From a virus: a stretch of 64,000 nucleotides of DNA. The stretch is taken from positions 32,001-96,000 of the IMG/VR virus record IMGVR_UViG_3300042468_000945; one strand, given 5' to 3'. Position numbers and translations under genes: made by a program. The notes under the pieces were generated by a model that was not told the origin of the DNA, did not search any database, and saw only the letters and a list, made by a program, of their open reading frames with translations. Positions 36,701 to 45,607 of the stretch are shown here, piece by piece; the first letter of the stretch is position 1, and each line of letters begins with the position of its first letter.

Positions 36701-38676
36701 ACTCCACCACCATAAGGGGAGTTAGTAACATTAACGCATCTTTGGTCAAAATCTGATTTTATCTTTTCAAGTTGTTTCTTAGCAGAAATACCAATAACTT
36801 TTCCTCTAACAACAAATTCTGAACTACCCGAACCTAGGACTTGGTGAACAGGTAAAGAAGAACCTTCCACATGCGTAGGAACACCACCAAAAGTTCTACT
36901 ACCAGCAATTGATTCAACAATGATATTCTCATCATCAGAGAATCCTGATCTTAGTACCGTCTTACTTGCTTTTTGTGCTTTTTCTATAACATCTAAGTAT
37001 TCAGTTCTTTCAATATTTATAACTTGTTTTCTTTTAACACTCTCAATCTTGAAAATATTATTAACAACAGCCAAAAAACTTGCGTCTACATTATTAACTA
37101 CTTCAATAGCAACAGCAAAGTATTCTTGTGGTGACCTTACGGCATTTCTTTTATCGGTAGCCGTAACAGGGTTATTTGTCTTTTTTGTCGTTTCAATAAG
37201 ATTATCGTAATACTTACCAATAGCAACATCAGGTAGTCCAGCAGATTTAGCAATTGTTAAGAATGGGTATGTTTTTTGGTCTGGGAGTTTATCTGTGTAA
37301 CCTAATACAGTATTAGCCCTGGATGCAATCTTTGAAGCATCTATATTTCCACTATCTGGAAGGTACTTACCTGTATCGTCAACAAAGTTATGTGTCTTAT
37401 ATAAATTCCAATCAGCTAAACCAGCATAACTACTTAACTGTAAAAGTTTACTAAAGTAGTTTCTGTTACTGGTTTTAACCAAGAAGATAGTCTTATTACC
37501 AAGTTCTTTTGATGATATTCGTTTAATATTTGGAGTTGTAATATCATCTCCAAGATTTCCTTCGCCAATACTATTAGATAAGATTCTTCGTAGTGCGTTA
37601 AATGTATTGTACTCACTTAAAAATTCTTCTGGTTTTGAGTTTTTAATATTGTTTTCTATTTGATTTATAGTTAAAGTATCAGGAGTACTAAGAATAAACT
37701 TACCGTTTAAAGCTCTTGAAGACAGTGAATCATAGACTGATCTTCCTCTTGTTTTACCCCACAACTTAACTAATGGCCAACAAGCACCATCATCTAAAGT
37801 TATTTGAAACCCTGTTGATGTGTCTTTATTTTCTGAACTTGGACAGTACCAACTGAACATAAACGGAGACATGTTTATATCAACTGCAATAGAAGAAGGA
37901 AGTTCTGGTACAGTAGAAATTGTTATGTTATTGATAATATGTTCGTGATAAGGAATATCTCCATCACCTGGACGTTCTCCAAATGGACCACCTTGACAAG
38001 AAACAATAGGGTTTAACAGTACTTGTTCAAGAACTTCTTGAACAGAACTACGTATCTCCTCTGTGCCTGTGGAGATATACGAAATATTATATGTTTGGTG
38101 GGAGTAACCAGAACCTCTTTTAATGGTACCTGATTCTCTAAGTGTTTGCTGTTGTTCTAGGTATGTGGTTCTTTGTTCAGACGTATTCTGAATTGGAACA
38201 TCAAAAACAGCATAACCTATTCTTGTTGATGAAGACCCTTGTTTCCTTACACTACCTACAGGTTTAAATCTAACATCTAATGTTGTATCAGGCCAGTCAC
38301 CACCAGAAGATGCTTCAACCTTTTCCTCAACATCAATTGGTTTAGGTTCTTCATGTATAAAAATGTTTGTGTTGGGTTCTCCAACATCAATTTGGTGTAA
38401 TTGTCTACCACTAGGTCTAACCCTTAAGATTACTTTTTGTTTATTAGTCTTAAGCTGTTTACCTATCTCATCAAAAGAAAGTTTAGCAATTCTAGGATTA
38501 TTAACATAAAGAATTCCTATTAAATATCGAAACTCATTATGTTTAAAAGATACGGTCTGATTTCCCTTCTTTGTTGCTAAAACAACTTGAATGTTCTCAT
38601 CACTAATCTTTTTAATTTCAAAGGGAATACCCTCTAAAGATTCCTTATTACTAAGCATTATAGTTTGTTGAAACAT
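30772..38676 (-). CDS. Giant baseplate hub / tail-associated protein (gp27/gpD-like hub domains, degenerate SLT domain, helical C-terminal extension)
   Basis: RIQIRMGY...VVFNGRI..V......VECDGDGWEL and IQGQACIKPNDIVLLND...FVRNVTHIL..ERGFVTMITP are hub-fold motifs. SLT-like segment YASKYKIDPNVIRGFVLRRSGF. 2634 aa. Confidence 0.65.
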   Translation of the reverse strand: MFQQTIMLSNKESLEGIPFEIKKISDENIQVVLATKKGNQTVSFKHNEFRYLIGILYVNNPRIAKLSFDEIGKQLKTNKQKVILRVRPSGRQLHQIDVGEPNTNIFIHEEPKPIDVEEKVEASSGGDWPDTTLDVRFKPVGSVRKQGSSSTRIGYAVFDVPIQNTSEQRTTYLEQQQTLRESGTIKRGSGYSHQTYNISYISTGTEEIRSSVQEVLEQVLLNPIVSCQGGPFGERPGDGDIPYHEHIINNITISTVPELPSSIAVDINMSPFMFSWYCPSSENKDTSTGFQITLDDGACWPLVKLWGKTRGRSVYDSLSSRALNGKFILSTPDTLTINQIENNIKNSKPEEFLSEYNTFNALRRILSNSIGEGNLGDDITTPNIKRISSKELGNKTIFLVKTSNRNYFSKLLQLSSYAGLADWNLYKTHNFVDDTGKYLPDSGNIDASKIASRANTVLGYTDKLPDQKTYPFLTIAKSAGLPDVAIGKYYDNLIETTKKTNNPVTATDKRNAVRSPQEYFAVAIEVVNNVDASFLAVVNNIFKIESVKRKQVINIERTEYLDVIEKAQKASKTVLRSGFSDDENIIVESIAGSRTFGGVPTHVEGSSLPVHQVLGSGSSEFVVRGKVIGISAKKQLEKIKSDFDQRCVNVTNSPYGGGVTESYDSIPFLQVNNNIFQLMGVDFVMPVTLSFNNMQGFPDVWEFEILFTEFDPKAQAAEKIKFLPTTLQEQGRVLNFQRPGPNEPDPLVEKAVEYFSLQYSLAREELLPDMRLPTKGELNSWIDILREEAIRRNSGRPAQDLTEYELSIIDICEDFLSIRQRREQIAKFISSTEAEISYSEYNNGLWADSDFYICYNPDSLWGALLDRAADAQFGGIDKDLRPKAIADNDFKRGIAYREYDPIFNIYTNYSKDYLSSGVEDYEKQINKAIDNSEPKENVQYATQLLKKTNEGYNSTEGAWWNVTTVGTDDRQGYTLENEEYLNGPGNNAFITNVINQNTNKDELTGARLENTMLAKDYFSFAWRIRKLKEAADFGLQRRSLYKLKGESLVSHFLVPIPPRATAGVDYLDGVFDAFNAVLSGISGLFGEEYKKAGEVVRDMASNILFGEPVYNDLNSDTLKSLPEEFPILLSYFRKREREGKEPTWEPLIDLIKKTTFDDKFNWRSTYQKTAIQSSNYAYYLANQNKKPDVYSPSGVDPTIAMLESAYVFDYYASKYKIDPNVIRGFVLRRSGFGLNRIAAVGDGGYFNLSLEEIKANPDFNAQVELICSVYSGYLKKYQNNATIALIATHLRLTSIGRSKFWVGTGFNKEFEAELNRAAANLSVERYGTQARNTIKKLMQAVGQPNSAIIDDYWIGYIEVSRVLGSAIHPSFTDQYDLMFNPFNAYILVDNANNTVNIATNQTPSGERVRISDQRQVVTRLTVGARLAEQVNLTAEEATLIRLKVDFGIIPHSENAIYSSMVDVRRFGLWGRLAQAYPTFKVLIINEGFYFAEGNLKLWDQFYTRGGISSIEVFKTKTDPSHKAFVTFSNMFTALTRYSQVEALRQKIAVDSVNANQRSINPIVGAGVVAGRVWDNIITKTPNKDLLRLWQKNHLEMLALNPGARIQIRMGYNSNAAELPVVFNGRILNVPVGNGFVNVECDGDGWELQQPIVDGLQKTHDGGLGYQSPTGFAGTGTEPAYIIAQTMVPNDIAGNIAGVVTGGRYGKRCVTPHFGDVYYSGLTYHTPELFMNMYGAGKGLMYQQFNWLSEIASKNAIYNWAGTTLISVSVKEPSVWKTANVCRMAVMDFVTAVEPFHTRSTLFFGGWWYPFNYAYDPSILKYQRPPLLENEETTNTKPLLPQVAAYLKATNSKDIVLKVLERNEVEPGFVQGSVLGDLVQYVTLKRADGDIVRARFSVSPKFGPDQINQNPRLVTVSYVTDFKNIENTSDKQAELLKDVNNYTKHLKWKCYTQVWPAITGLNLLSNSISSDASTVFTDATGVNTFNGVASTDHMSRTLTYSVDSDIQPAERKTLLVDTGLYVTAAQKGYYESFKDAVGKFVPVVGDSLQGVPDTPAVENSVLTGLCDTVKTMYSGVFSIQGQACIKPNDIVLLNDTINSLEGPLFVRNVTHILNSERGFVTMITPDCVALPFTSVQGTKLVTALSVGPVNKVGQYMVGRAVTTVVAAYLTKKLYMPFNMRVAELNQALEVLGSSELNTKFYANSLSEIREKLLSEIDLELKKPILLRPFYGAKRRKQLNELKRILNDKSSNNLFDILRRSRDLDLELPALRLASGLQKKVLNIAVESQLYYVDLLKELGAKFEDTLDRDKVIEIADSIVAKRLKDQLKLIEPEIKEEIKNAYELIAKRAEQIKEAETAYNAATTVEGKIVLEKRLNDLLKDVESLNYMIETDLPNDAGRLNDFIKELDTVELLTDRKGLTAQQFTAAQAAGIATADDELKAVVREASNPVRLVERIKIAENALKATGQKVDDFLAAKELGVVFKNEKVAIAASRMKKVIAPSIKAVSWLSPAIVLRAAVEVIRFTVGASIIDYANSTLRARQAVTIIPLRTRDSNGTSLPYVAGIRGHQGCVVGDDLSIFDNFLGGWLGGQHDGLAAKGTTILAALVGIEVPDYGHTQSDTEYLKRIKNIGAKNE

Positions 38677-38678
38677 GG

Positions 38679-39413
38679 CTATCTTTCTATTGTGTGCGTT
38701 CTAAGTCTTACACCAGTATGTACTTGTCTTGGATCGTTTTCTGGATATGATCCTGGGCTATCTTTTCTTTCCGTCTTCTCTCCAGCTGAGTTATCAACAA
38801 CATTTTGTATGAGTGTCCTAGTTGAAGCATCTGCTTTTCTTAAACCAACTGTTGCTCTAAGTGTTGCACTATGAGCAAAAGGGACTACACCTACTTCTAA
38901 CAACCTAGGAATGGTTTCTTCAGAAAGGAAGTTTTTCAAGTATGGTGCTTTCTTGAGAACGGTTTCATAGGTAGAGTCAATTGAGTTTACAAATTCACTT
39001 TTACCCTTACTAACTAATAGAGTACGAAGTTTGTTAAATAAATCTTTCTGAGTGCTTTTAGCATACTTATATGATGCAAATCCAGCTAAAACAGTTAAAC
39101 CTTGAATACCAACTGCTGTGATTGGATCATAACCTTTCTTCCTATCAGCAACAACACCAGCACTCATCTGGGCACCCATAAAAAACATGGACCTAAACCC
39201 TTCTGAGTTTATTTTTCTGTTAGTAGCTGAAAAAGCATATGCCGCAACACCAGAGAATATTCCAATTTTCCTGGTTCGATCTACGTCTTCTTGGTCAGAC
39301 TCGGGCAACCCAAAACTTCTTGCTATAGACTTATCGTTAGATAACGATACGGCTGAAAGCAAAGCCATACCTACAATACCAGTAGCTGTAGATATTTTAT
39401 TGTTAATTGACAT
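38679..39413 (-). CDS. Predicted membrane protein (3-4 hydrophobic helices)
   Basis: Hydrophobic segments ATGIVGMALLSAVSL, IGIFSGVAAYAF, MFFMGAQMSAGVVA and ITAVGIQGLTVLAGFASY. Confidence 0.6.
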   Translation of the reverse strand: MSINNKISTATGIVGMALLSAVSLSNDKSIARSFGLPESDQEDVDRTRKIGIFSGVAAYAFSATNRKINSEGFRSMFFMGAQMSAGVVADRKKGYDPITAVGIQGLTVLAGFASYKYAKSTQKDLFNKLRTLLVSKGKSEFVNSIDSTYETVLKKAPYLKNFLSEETIPRLLEVGVVPFAHSATLRATVGLRKADASTRTLIQNVVDNSAGEKTERKDSPGSYPENDPRQVHTGVRLRTHTIER

Positions 39414-42400
39414 TATCTTATGTCTGCCATCATTTGCTCATAAGCAGCTAGACGTACAGGTAGTCCTTGAGTCGTATTTTCATCTTTAGTCATGTTTCCA
39501 TTAGAATACTTATTAACAATATGACTAACCTTTTCTTCTAATGCTCTTTGTTGGTATTTATTATTAACAAAAGTTTTCATATCAAGATTTAATTGGAAAG
39601 GTTGTGTCCCACCTGTAAATACTCTTGCTGGTGTAGGGTCACCTGGAATTTCTGATTGAGCACCAATAACTCCAGGAGAATTTTTAGACGCATTACCACC
39701 AGAATACTTTTCTTCTGGATTCTTATTTGCCATAAGTAGTGTGGTCAATCCACCAACTAACAGTAACGCACCTACAATCTTTTTATTCTTACCAACATCA
39801 AACATGTCAGTACCAAGAATACCTTCGTGTTGTGCCTTAATTGCCTCTCTAAAAACAGTATCTGAATGTTCATTTGCAGTTGCAGCTGTTGTTGCAACTT
39901 TTTGTGCGGCTTCATTCATGGTTACAGTAGTTTTTTCAGCGGCAGATTGTCTAACTGTAAACCTTGCAGCAACTTCATTCAAGTTTCGCATAAGATTACC
40001 AGGTTCGGAGCTTCTTATTGTTTCTGCCTGTTGCTTAATATACTCAGTAGCTATTCGTTGTTGGGTATGTTTGTTAGCCCCCTCTTTATGTAGTTGATGC
40101 ATTAGTTGCTCTGCTTCAGAAAATACATTATCTAATAAAGGGGTTCTTTCGCCTAATCCAGAAATAGTTTCACCAGCTTCCCTTTCCATATCAGCAACAG
40201 CTTGTTGACTTATTTTAGGTATAAGATCTCCAAGACCTTCGTTGTACTTCCTTTGGAACATCCTTACAGTCATGTTCTTATCTACAGCATAAGCTCCTGT
40301 TATAAAATCTTTTAATGCTAGGTCAGCCCTCTCCGCCCCCATAAAAGATTTTTCTAGTGCTTCAGTAAGATTTTTTTGAATTTGTTTAACTGTATCTAAT
40401 TCATGCTCATCAGCTAACGTATGTAGTTCATTTATTCTCGTTGCAATAACCCCTTGTACACGTTTTTTGTAAGATGAGCTTTTTAGTTTATTAACTACTG
40501 ATGGGGTGGTAATTTCATCTATAGGAGTATCAAGAGCCATGTCACGAGCTTGTAGATTATTTCTTGCACCTACGTCGTTAAATAATTTAGTGATTTCATT
40601 TTTATTTCCAGTTCTTCCTGAATCCATAAAAGTATCATGTACTGCTGATCTTCTTACATATGCTTCAAAATCTTCTGGAGTTGTGTTATCAGTAATTGAT
40701 AGTTTAGGTCCACTAAAACCTCCACTAGTGTCACGACTATGTATATTTAAATATGGTTGACTTAAAATTTCTCCTGGCCTTTCCAAAGACATGACATCCT
40801 TTACCATTAGCATTGCTTGTCTTAGCTTATCAGTATCCCCATCCATACCATCCCTTATTAGCCTACCTATTGTTTGTCCAAAGTCTGACTCCATAGCAGG
40901 TGTTAATTCTTGTGTGTACATTTCTCTGTAGGACTGGTCTGTGAGTGCTTCACGTAATCGTAATCTTAAAGAACTTGTAAATGAAGCAGCATTATCTGGG
41001 TTTCCAGGTATGTAAGCCCTATCAACAAGAGTATCAATAGCTTTTGTTAAACTTAAACCTTTTCCAATTCTTGCATCAAAATCGTCAAGAACTTCAGGAG
41101 TTAACAGTTTATTAACTTCTTGTGAGACCACAAATTCATGGAAACCAAACAACTGATCTGTCATTTGGGATGTTACATTACTTTTTTGGTATTTTGTTTT
41201 ATTGAAGAAGTTTAAATCATTTATAATTCTATGTGCATCACTATGTGCTACAGTCTTTGTGGACACATTGATATCCTTAACAGCCTCAGCAGATAATCTA
41301 TCATCTTCTACGGTGTAAGATTTAAACTTCCTAAACCTCAACCCTAAAGAGTTTGCACCAGTACCAGTTAGATTTGAATACTCTCCTGTTTCAACAAATG
41401 TACCATCAGGTTGGATGATAAGGTTTTCCATAACAGCCACCATACCTTTACCACCAACTTCATCAGTTTCAAATGCTTTTAGTTTATAGGCTCCTCTTAA
41501 TGATGTCCCACCATCACTAGGGTTATAATAAATGGTAGAATTATTTGTATCAGCCATACCTTTAAAGCTAATATTTTCTAACCCTAATTCATCTCTAATT
41601 CTAAACTTCTGGTCAACTGCATCCATGCCACCTCTTATTTCTTTTTCATTTAAAAGTCTTCTGGATGCTTCCCTAACGCTTGCATTACCTATATCAAATT
41701 TTCCACTTGCTTGAGTTAATACAAGTAGATCATAGTTCTTCTTTGCCCTGGTTGCTTCAAAAATTCTCTCAATTTTTTGTATTGCCAGATCACCACTTAT
41801 ACTTTCGCCTTGAAACTCCACAATTTCTTTTGCTAGGTTAGGTCTTTTAGCTATAACTCTAATTCTGTCTAAAATCTCTTCAAAGTGGTAACTCCATTGC
41901 GTACCCACAAATTGAGCTTTTTCAAAACTTTCAGCAACTCTAAGAAGTGCATTAAGCTCATCGCCACCATTAAAATCAACTATGCTCTTTACTCCATCAA
42001 TATCTTTATAACCAAGCCCCATTCTTTCAATAACTGTTCTAGTACCAGCTTTCCCATTTTTTGGATCATGAGCAACTTGTTTCATAGATACATCAAATAT
42101 AAGACTACCTTCTCCAAGCATCTGACTAGCTTCTAATCCTCTTCGTAGGTGCTCTTGCACAGGTCCCAAAGAGTCTGTACCAAGTAACCTAATTGGTTTA
42201 TTACCAGTTGATTCTTCTAACATAGCAAAACCAAGCCTACTCTGATTTCTAACTCTCATGTAGTCAGCATTTGTTTCTACTGGTTTAGCATCAATATATT
42301 GAGGTGTTGCTTGCTTTGCTTGTAGTTGTAAAGGTTTAAACTTTATGGTTTCAATGTCAAAGTCACTAATAGATGCTCCTTCTGGTAATTCACCAAAAGT

Positions 42401-44131
42401 AAGCTTATTTAGCTTTCCTCTTTTTTGAAGTTCTTTTACCTCATCTAATTGTGTATAATCATAAAACTTTCTAGTTCTATTTTCTTCGTCATATCCCATA
42501 ATAACGCTTTTTTCTGTAAGATATGATTCGGGGCTCATTTCTGGGTGCATATTTAAAGAGAATTCTACTACTGGATTATCAACATATTGTCCAGCTTGAG
42601 TAAGAGTTTCTTTGTTGTTTTTTCTTAGTATGTTGTGTTTAAGTTTTAAAGTTGATACCTCATCTAAAGTTAATTTAGCTTCAATTTCTTTGTGTTCTTT
42701 AAGTAAATCCTCTAACTCAACTTCAGTTGAATCAGATAGTTTTCTTAGTGTTAATGCTGATATGTTTATAGAACTACTATTAGGTAGTTGAGAATTTAAA
42801 ATTTTTCCTAAAGCCTTGTCTTGTAAAGTTATTGTACTTTTGTTATATTTTAAAGTCTTGCCTTCTAAGATATCTGTAAACAATGTCTTCTTATCAATGG
42901 AGAACATTCTTTGCTCTCCATTAGGAAACACTTCAGCTGGGTTTGCAAGTACATAGTTTGCTTTAAGTTGATCTAAGGAATATCTTTTAGTGCTCTTATT
43001 TCTGTGTCTTGCTTGTGCCGCAGTTCTTCTGTTACGAAGTTTTTTAAATCTTAGTTTATCAACGTTCTTAGCTCTGTAATCTAAATAAGCACTTTCAAAC
43101 AACTCATTTGCGCCTGATGATGTCATTCTACCCTTTTCTGCATCTTTAAGTGCATCATCAAAATTATATTTACCTGTTGAGCTTGCTCTGTCTAACATTG
43201 AACCTAATAATGGTTTGTACCCATTCTTAGAATTATTAAATAACCCAGCTGTTACTTTTTGACCAGGAATCCCACCCCACGCTATTGTAGCTAAATATTG
43301 AGCCCTTTTTGATATAGCAGTACCCTTGCCAGGTTCCTGTCCAATCTTTTTTAAAAATTCTGGAATATATTTGTCGTTATCACCTAACCATTTGAACCTT
43401 ATTTCATTTAGAAAATCATTATCTCTTGACATTGCAAATTTAGGTGTTTCTAGTCCCTTCTTTCTACCAAAAGAGGATGGACCCCTATTTTTTACCCTGC
43501 TTTTAAATTCATCTTGACTAAGTATACCTTCAAATTTTGGAGGAATAAACTTCTTTGGCCTAAGATAATTCATTTTAGAAGATGATTTCATCTTCTCAGT
43601 TAAATCTCTTGCAACATCTTCCAAGTACTCCTCAGAATAAAATTCTTGATTTTCGCCTAAAGAACTGCGAATAATTTCAAGAACTTCTTGTTCTGACATA
43701 TTGTGCTTAGAACTCTCTACAAGATTAGTAGCTATGCCTAAGAGCTTTTCTTGTAGGGTCTTATCATCAGTATCGTTGATGATAGAAAGCATAGCCCGAA
43801 AGACTGCTCCTTCTTCTGTTTCAATTTTAGATAAAATCTCTTGGTTGCCTTTTAAGACTCTTGAATGTAGATCAGCCCTATCTTTTAACACCTCCTCTGG
43901 TGTAAGCTCCTCTATGTTCTTTCTAACGGCTTGCATACCAATATCTTCAAGGTCTTTGCCTTTGTATTGGTCTAGGTAACCATCACTAGCTCTTAAAAGG
44001 TAATATAACAATCCTCCACCAGCTGATAAGGTAACAATATTTTGTACCACATAATCAGTTTTTGTCTTTTTATCCCTAACCGTATCACCTGGACTAGTTG
44101 GGGAATTCTGGAGTTTGTCTGTTCTACTCAC
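39413..44131 (-). CDS. Large helical virion/ejection-type protein with possible degenerate DEDD exonuclease domain and C-terminal TM segment
   Basis: 1572 aa, GTG start. LIFDVSM / FVGTQWSYHFEEIL / YDLLVL resemble Exo I/II motifs. IVGALLLVGGLTTLLMA near the C-terminus. Confidence 0.55.
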   Translation of the reverse strand: MSRTDKLQNSPTSPGDTVRDKKTKTDYVVQNIVTLSAGGGLLYYLLRASDGYLDQYKGKDLEDIGMQAVRKNIEELTPEEVLKDRADLHSRVLKGNQEILSKIETEEGAVFRAMLSIINDTDDKTLQEKLLGIATNLVESSKHNMSEQEVLEIIRSSLGENQEFYSEEYLEDVARDLTEKMKSSSKMNYLRPKKFIPPKFEGILSQDEFKSRVKNRGPSSFGRKKGLETPKFAMSRDNDFLNEIRFKWLGDNDKYIPEFLKKIGQEPGKGTAISKRAQYLATIAWGGIPGQKVTAGLFNNSKNGYKPLLGSMLDRASSTGKYNFDDALKDAEKGRMTSSGANELFESAYLDYRAKNVDKLRFKKLRNRRTAAQARHRNKSTKRYSLDQLKANYVLANPAEVFPNGEQRMFSIDKKTLFTDILEGKTLKYNKSTITLQDKALGKILNSQLPNSSSINISALTLRKLSDSTEVELEDLLKEHKEIEAKLTLDEVSTLKLKHNILRKNNKETLTQAGQYVDNPVVEFSLNMHPEMSPESYLTEKSVIMGYDEENRTRKFYDYTQLDEVKELQKRGKLNKLTFGELPEGASISDFDIETIKFKPLQLQAKQATPQYIDAKPVETNADYMRVRNQSRLGFAMLEESTGNKPIRLLGTDSLGPVQEHLRRGLEASQMLGEGSLIFDVSMKQVAHDPKNGKAGTRTVIERMGLGYKDIDGVKSIVDFNGGDELNALLRVAESFEKAQFVGTQWSYHFEEILDRIRVIAKRPNLAKEIVEFQGESISGDLAIQKIERIFEATRAKKNYDLLVLTQASGKFDIGNASVREASRRLLNEKEIRGGMDAVDQKFRIRDELGLENISFKGMADTNNSTIYYNPSDGGTSLRGAYKLKAFETDEVGGKGMVAVMENLIIQPDGTFVETGEYSNLTGTGANSLGLRFRKFKSYTVEDDRLSAEAVKDINVSTKTVAHSDAHRIINDLNFFNKTKYQKSNVTSQMTDQLFGFHEFVVSQEVNKLLTPEVLDDFDARIGKGLSLTKAIDTLVDRAYIPGNPDNAASFTSSLRLRLREALTDQSYREMYTQELTPAMESDFGQTIGRLIRDGMDGDTDKLRQAMLMVKDVMSLERPGEILSQPYLNIHSRDTSGGFSGPKLSITDNTTPEDFEAYVRRSAVHDTFMDSGRTGNKNEITKLFNDVGARNNLQARDMALDTPIDEITTPSVVNKLKSSSYKKRVQGVIATRINELHTLADEHELDTVKQIQKNLTEALEKSFMGAERADLALKDFITGAYAVDKNMTVRMFQRKYNEGLGDLIPKISQQAVADMEREAGETISGLGERTPLLDNVFSEAEQLMHQLHKEGANKHTQQRIATEYIKQQAETIRSSEPGNLMRNLNEVAARFTVRQSAAEKTTVTMNEAAQKVATTAATANEHSDTVFREAIKAQHEGILGTDMFDVGKNKKIVGALLLVGGLTTLLMANKNPEEKYSGGNASKNSPGVIGAQSEIPGDPTPARVFTGGTQPFQLNLDMKTFVNNKYQQRALEEKVSHIVNKYSNGNMTKDENTTQGLPVRLAAYEQMMADIR

Positions 44132-44135
44132 TAGT

Positions 44136-44171
44136 AAACAAAATAGAGCACCATTGCTGGCACTCTATTTT
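44136..44171 (-). terminator. Intrinsic terminator-like hairpin with GCAA tetraloop, containing the CTCTATT motif
   Basis: Minus-strand RNA AAAAUAGAG-UGCCA-GCAA-UGGUG-CUCUAUUUU-GUUU: a 14 bp stem with two G.U pairs that form only on the minus strand, and a GNRA loop. Confidence 0.7.
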
Positions 44172-44191
44172 TAGATTTGACTACAATAATT

Positions 44192-44437
44192 TTAGTTAAG
44201 TATTTTGAATGATTTTAGAATTGCATCGCTATTTCTTGCATAGCTCTTGATCTTTTTCGCTGTTGACTCTACCATCTTGTTTGTGTAAATAATGTACATC
44301 ATCTTAGAGAACTTAAGTTCATCTAATTGTGCTTTAAATTGTTTGTCATCTAAGTTTCCTTTTTCTTTGTTTTGAAGCAATGCTTCATACTCAGTATCAA
44401 ACTTAGGCATCTTGTAATAAGCTTTTCCGTATTTCAT
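44192..44437 (-). CDS. Small basic hypothetical protein
   Basis: 81 aa ORF starting 6 nt after the phosphoesterase stop and followed by the terminator-like hairpin. Confidence 0.55.
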   Translation of the reverse strand: MKYGKAYYKMPKFDTEYEALLQNKEKGNLDDKQFKAQLDELKFSKMMYIIYTNKMVESTAKKIKSYARNSDAILKSFKILN

Positions 44438-44443
44438 ATCCTA

Positions 44444-45598
44444 TCAATTACCAGTGTAAATCAATTGTGTCTTTTCAAAGTCATATCCTGTCTTTTCTTT
44501 ATTAAGAAATAGCTTAACATAACCTAGAACTGGAGGCGAATATTTTCCGTGACCATCAATTTGATAAGCTTGAGGCATACACATACAACCAGTAGTAAAC
44601 AAATATCTTCCTGTAGGGAGAATTTCCATATTTAATCTGTGAGTGTGTGCTTGGAAAACTGCTTTTGGTTGTTTGATTTTTAAAACGTGTATCCATTGGC
44701 TAATCCAGACATCTAATCTCTTAACAGCTTCACTACCACAGAAACCTTCAAAGTGTCCATAAAGACAATCTGCATCAAGACCCATATAGTTAATATCAAC
44801 ATCCTCAGAGAAGTTAAGAGTAGACTTTGTATTTGGAACCTTAAAGTTCATTAACTTAACATTATTCAAACCTACAGACAACCACACGAGAGGGTGAATA
44901 ACTAAAGGCATAAGACCTGATACCTGTTCTTGGAATCTCTTAGTTGGACGATTATCATGGTTACCAGCCAAGATTTGAACTTCTTCATACTTAGATGCAA
45001 GCTTTTCTAAGATTGACCTAGTAATGGCAAGCTCTTCTTGAAGAGTTACAGCGTCACCTCTCTTTCTGTGAGAAGTTGCTGAGAGACAATCCATCAAGTC
45101 ACCTACAATAATAAGCTTCTTAGATTTTGAAGTCATCAACTTCTTAAGACTGTTTTCATCGTGGAAAGGGATGTGTAGGTCACTAACAACATCTACCGTG
45201 TCTTCCAACCCTGTTCTACTTAGAGGAGCCTCTATGTCCTTCACAGGCCCAATAAGCTTCTCTAATCCTTCCCTAGCATCGTCTAGGAATGAACTTGTTT
45301 TAACAAACTGTCTTCTTGTGTTAGTAATGTGTGCTGGTTCAGTTGCAACAACAGCTTTCTTATTTTGTAATGTTGTGTTGTTATAAGTAAAGCTCTTCCA
45401 ATTATTCCACAATCGCATCAACGCCCTAGAAGCGGTGAGCTTGTTATTATCAAAATCAGCTTGAAGAATTAACGACAAGTCATAAAAAGATTGACCCTCA
45501 ATTCTTCTAAAATAATAGTCAGTAGCTATCTCAGCTCGGATGCCTTCTAATTGTGCCAACTCTAAGAACTTGGTTGGGATGTTATTTCTATTCTGCAT
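44444..45598 (-). CDS. Calcineurin-like metallophosphoesterase with helical N-terminal extension
   Basis: VSDLHIP (DxH), VGDLMD (GDxxD), AGNHD (GNH[D/E]), YGH and AHTH motifs in order. Confidence 0.88.
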   Translation of the reverse strand: MQNRNNIPTKFLELAQLEGIRAEIATDYYFRRIEGQSFYDLSLILQADFDNNKLTASRALMRLWNNWKSFTYNNTTLQNKKAVVATEPAHITNTRRQFVKTSSFLDDAREGLEKLIGPVKDIEAPLSRTGLEDTVDVVSDLHIPFHDENSLKKLMTSKSKKLIIVGDLMDCLSATSHRKRGDAVTLQEELAITRSILEKLASKYEEVQILAGNHDNRPTKRFQEQVSGLMPLVIHPLVWLSVGLNNVKLMNFKVPNTKSTLNFSEDVDINYMGLDADCLYGHFEGFCGSEAVKRLDVWISQWIHVLKIKQPKAVFQAHTHRLNMEILPTGRYLFTTGCMCMPQAYQIDGHGKYSPPVLGYVKLFLNKEKTGYDFEKTQLIYTGN

Positions 45599-45607
45599 GT
45601 TTAACCT

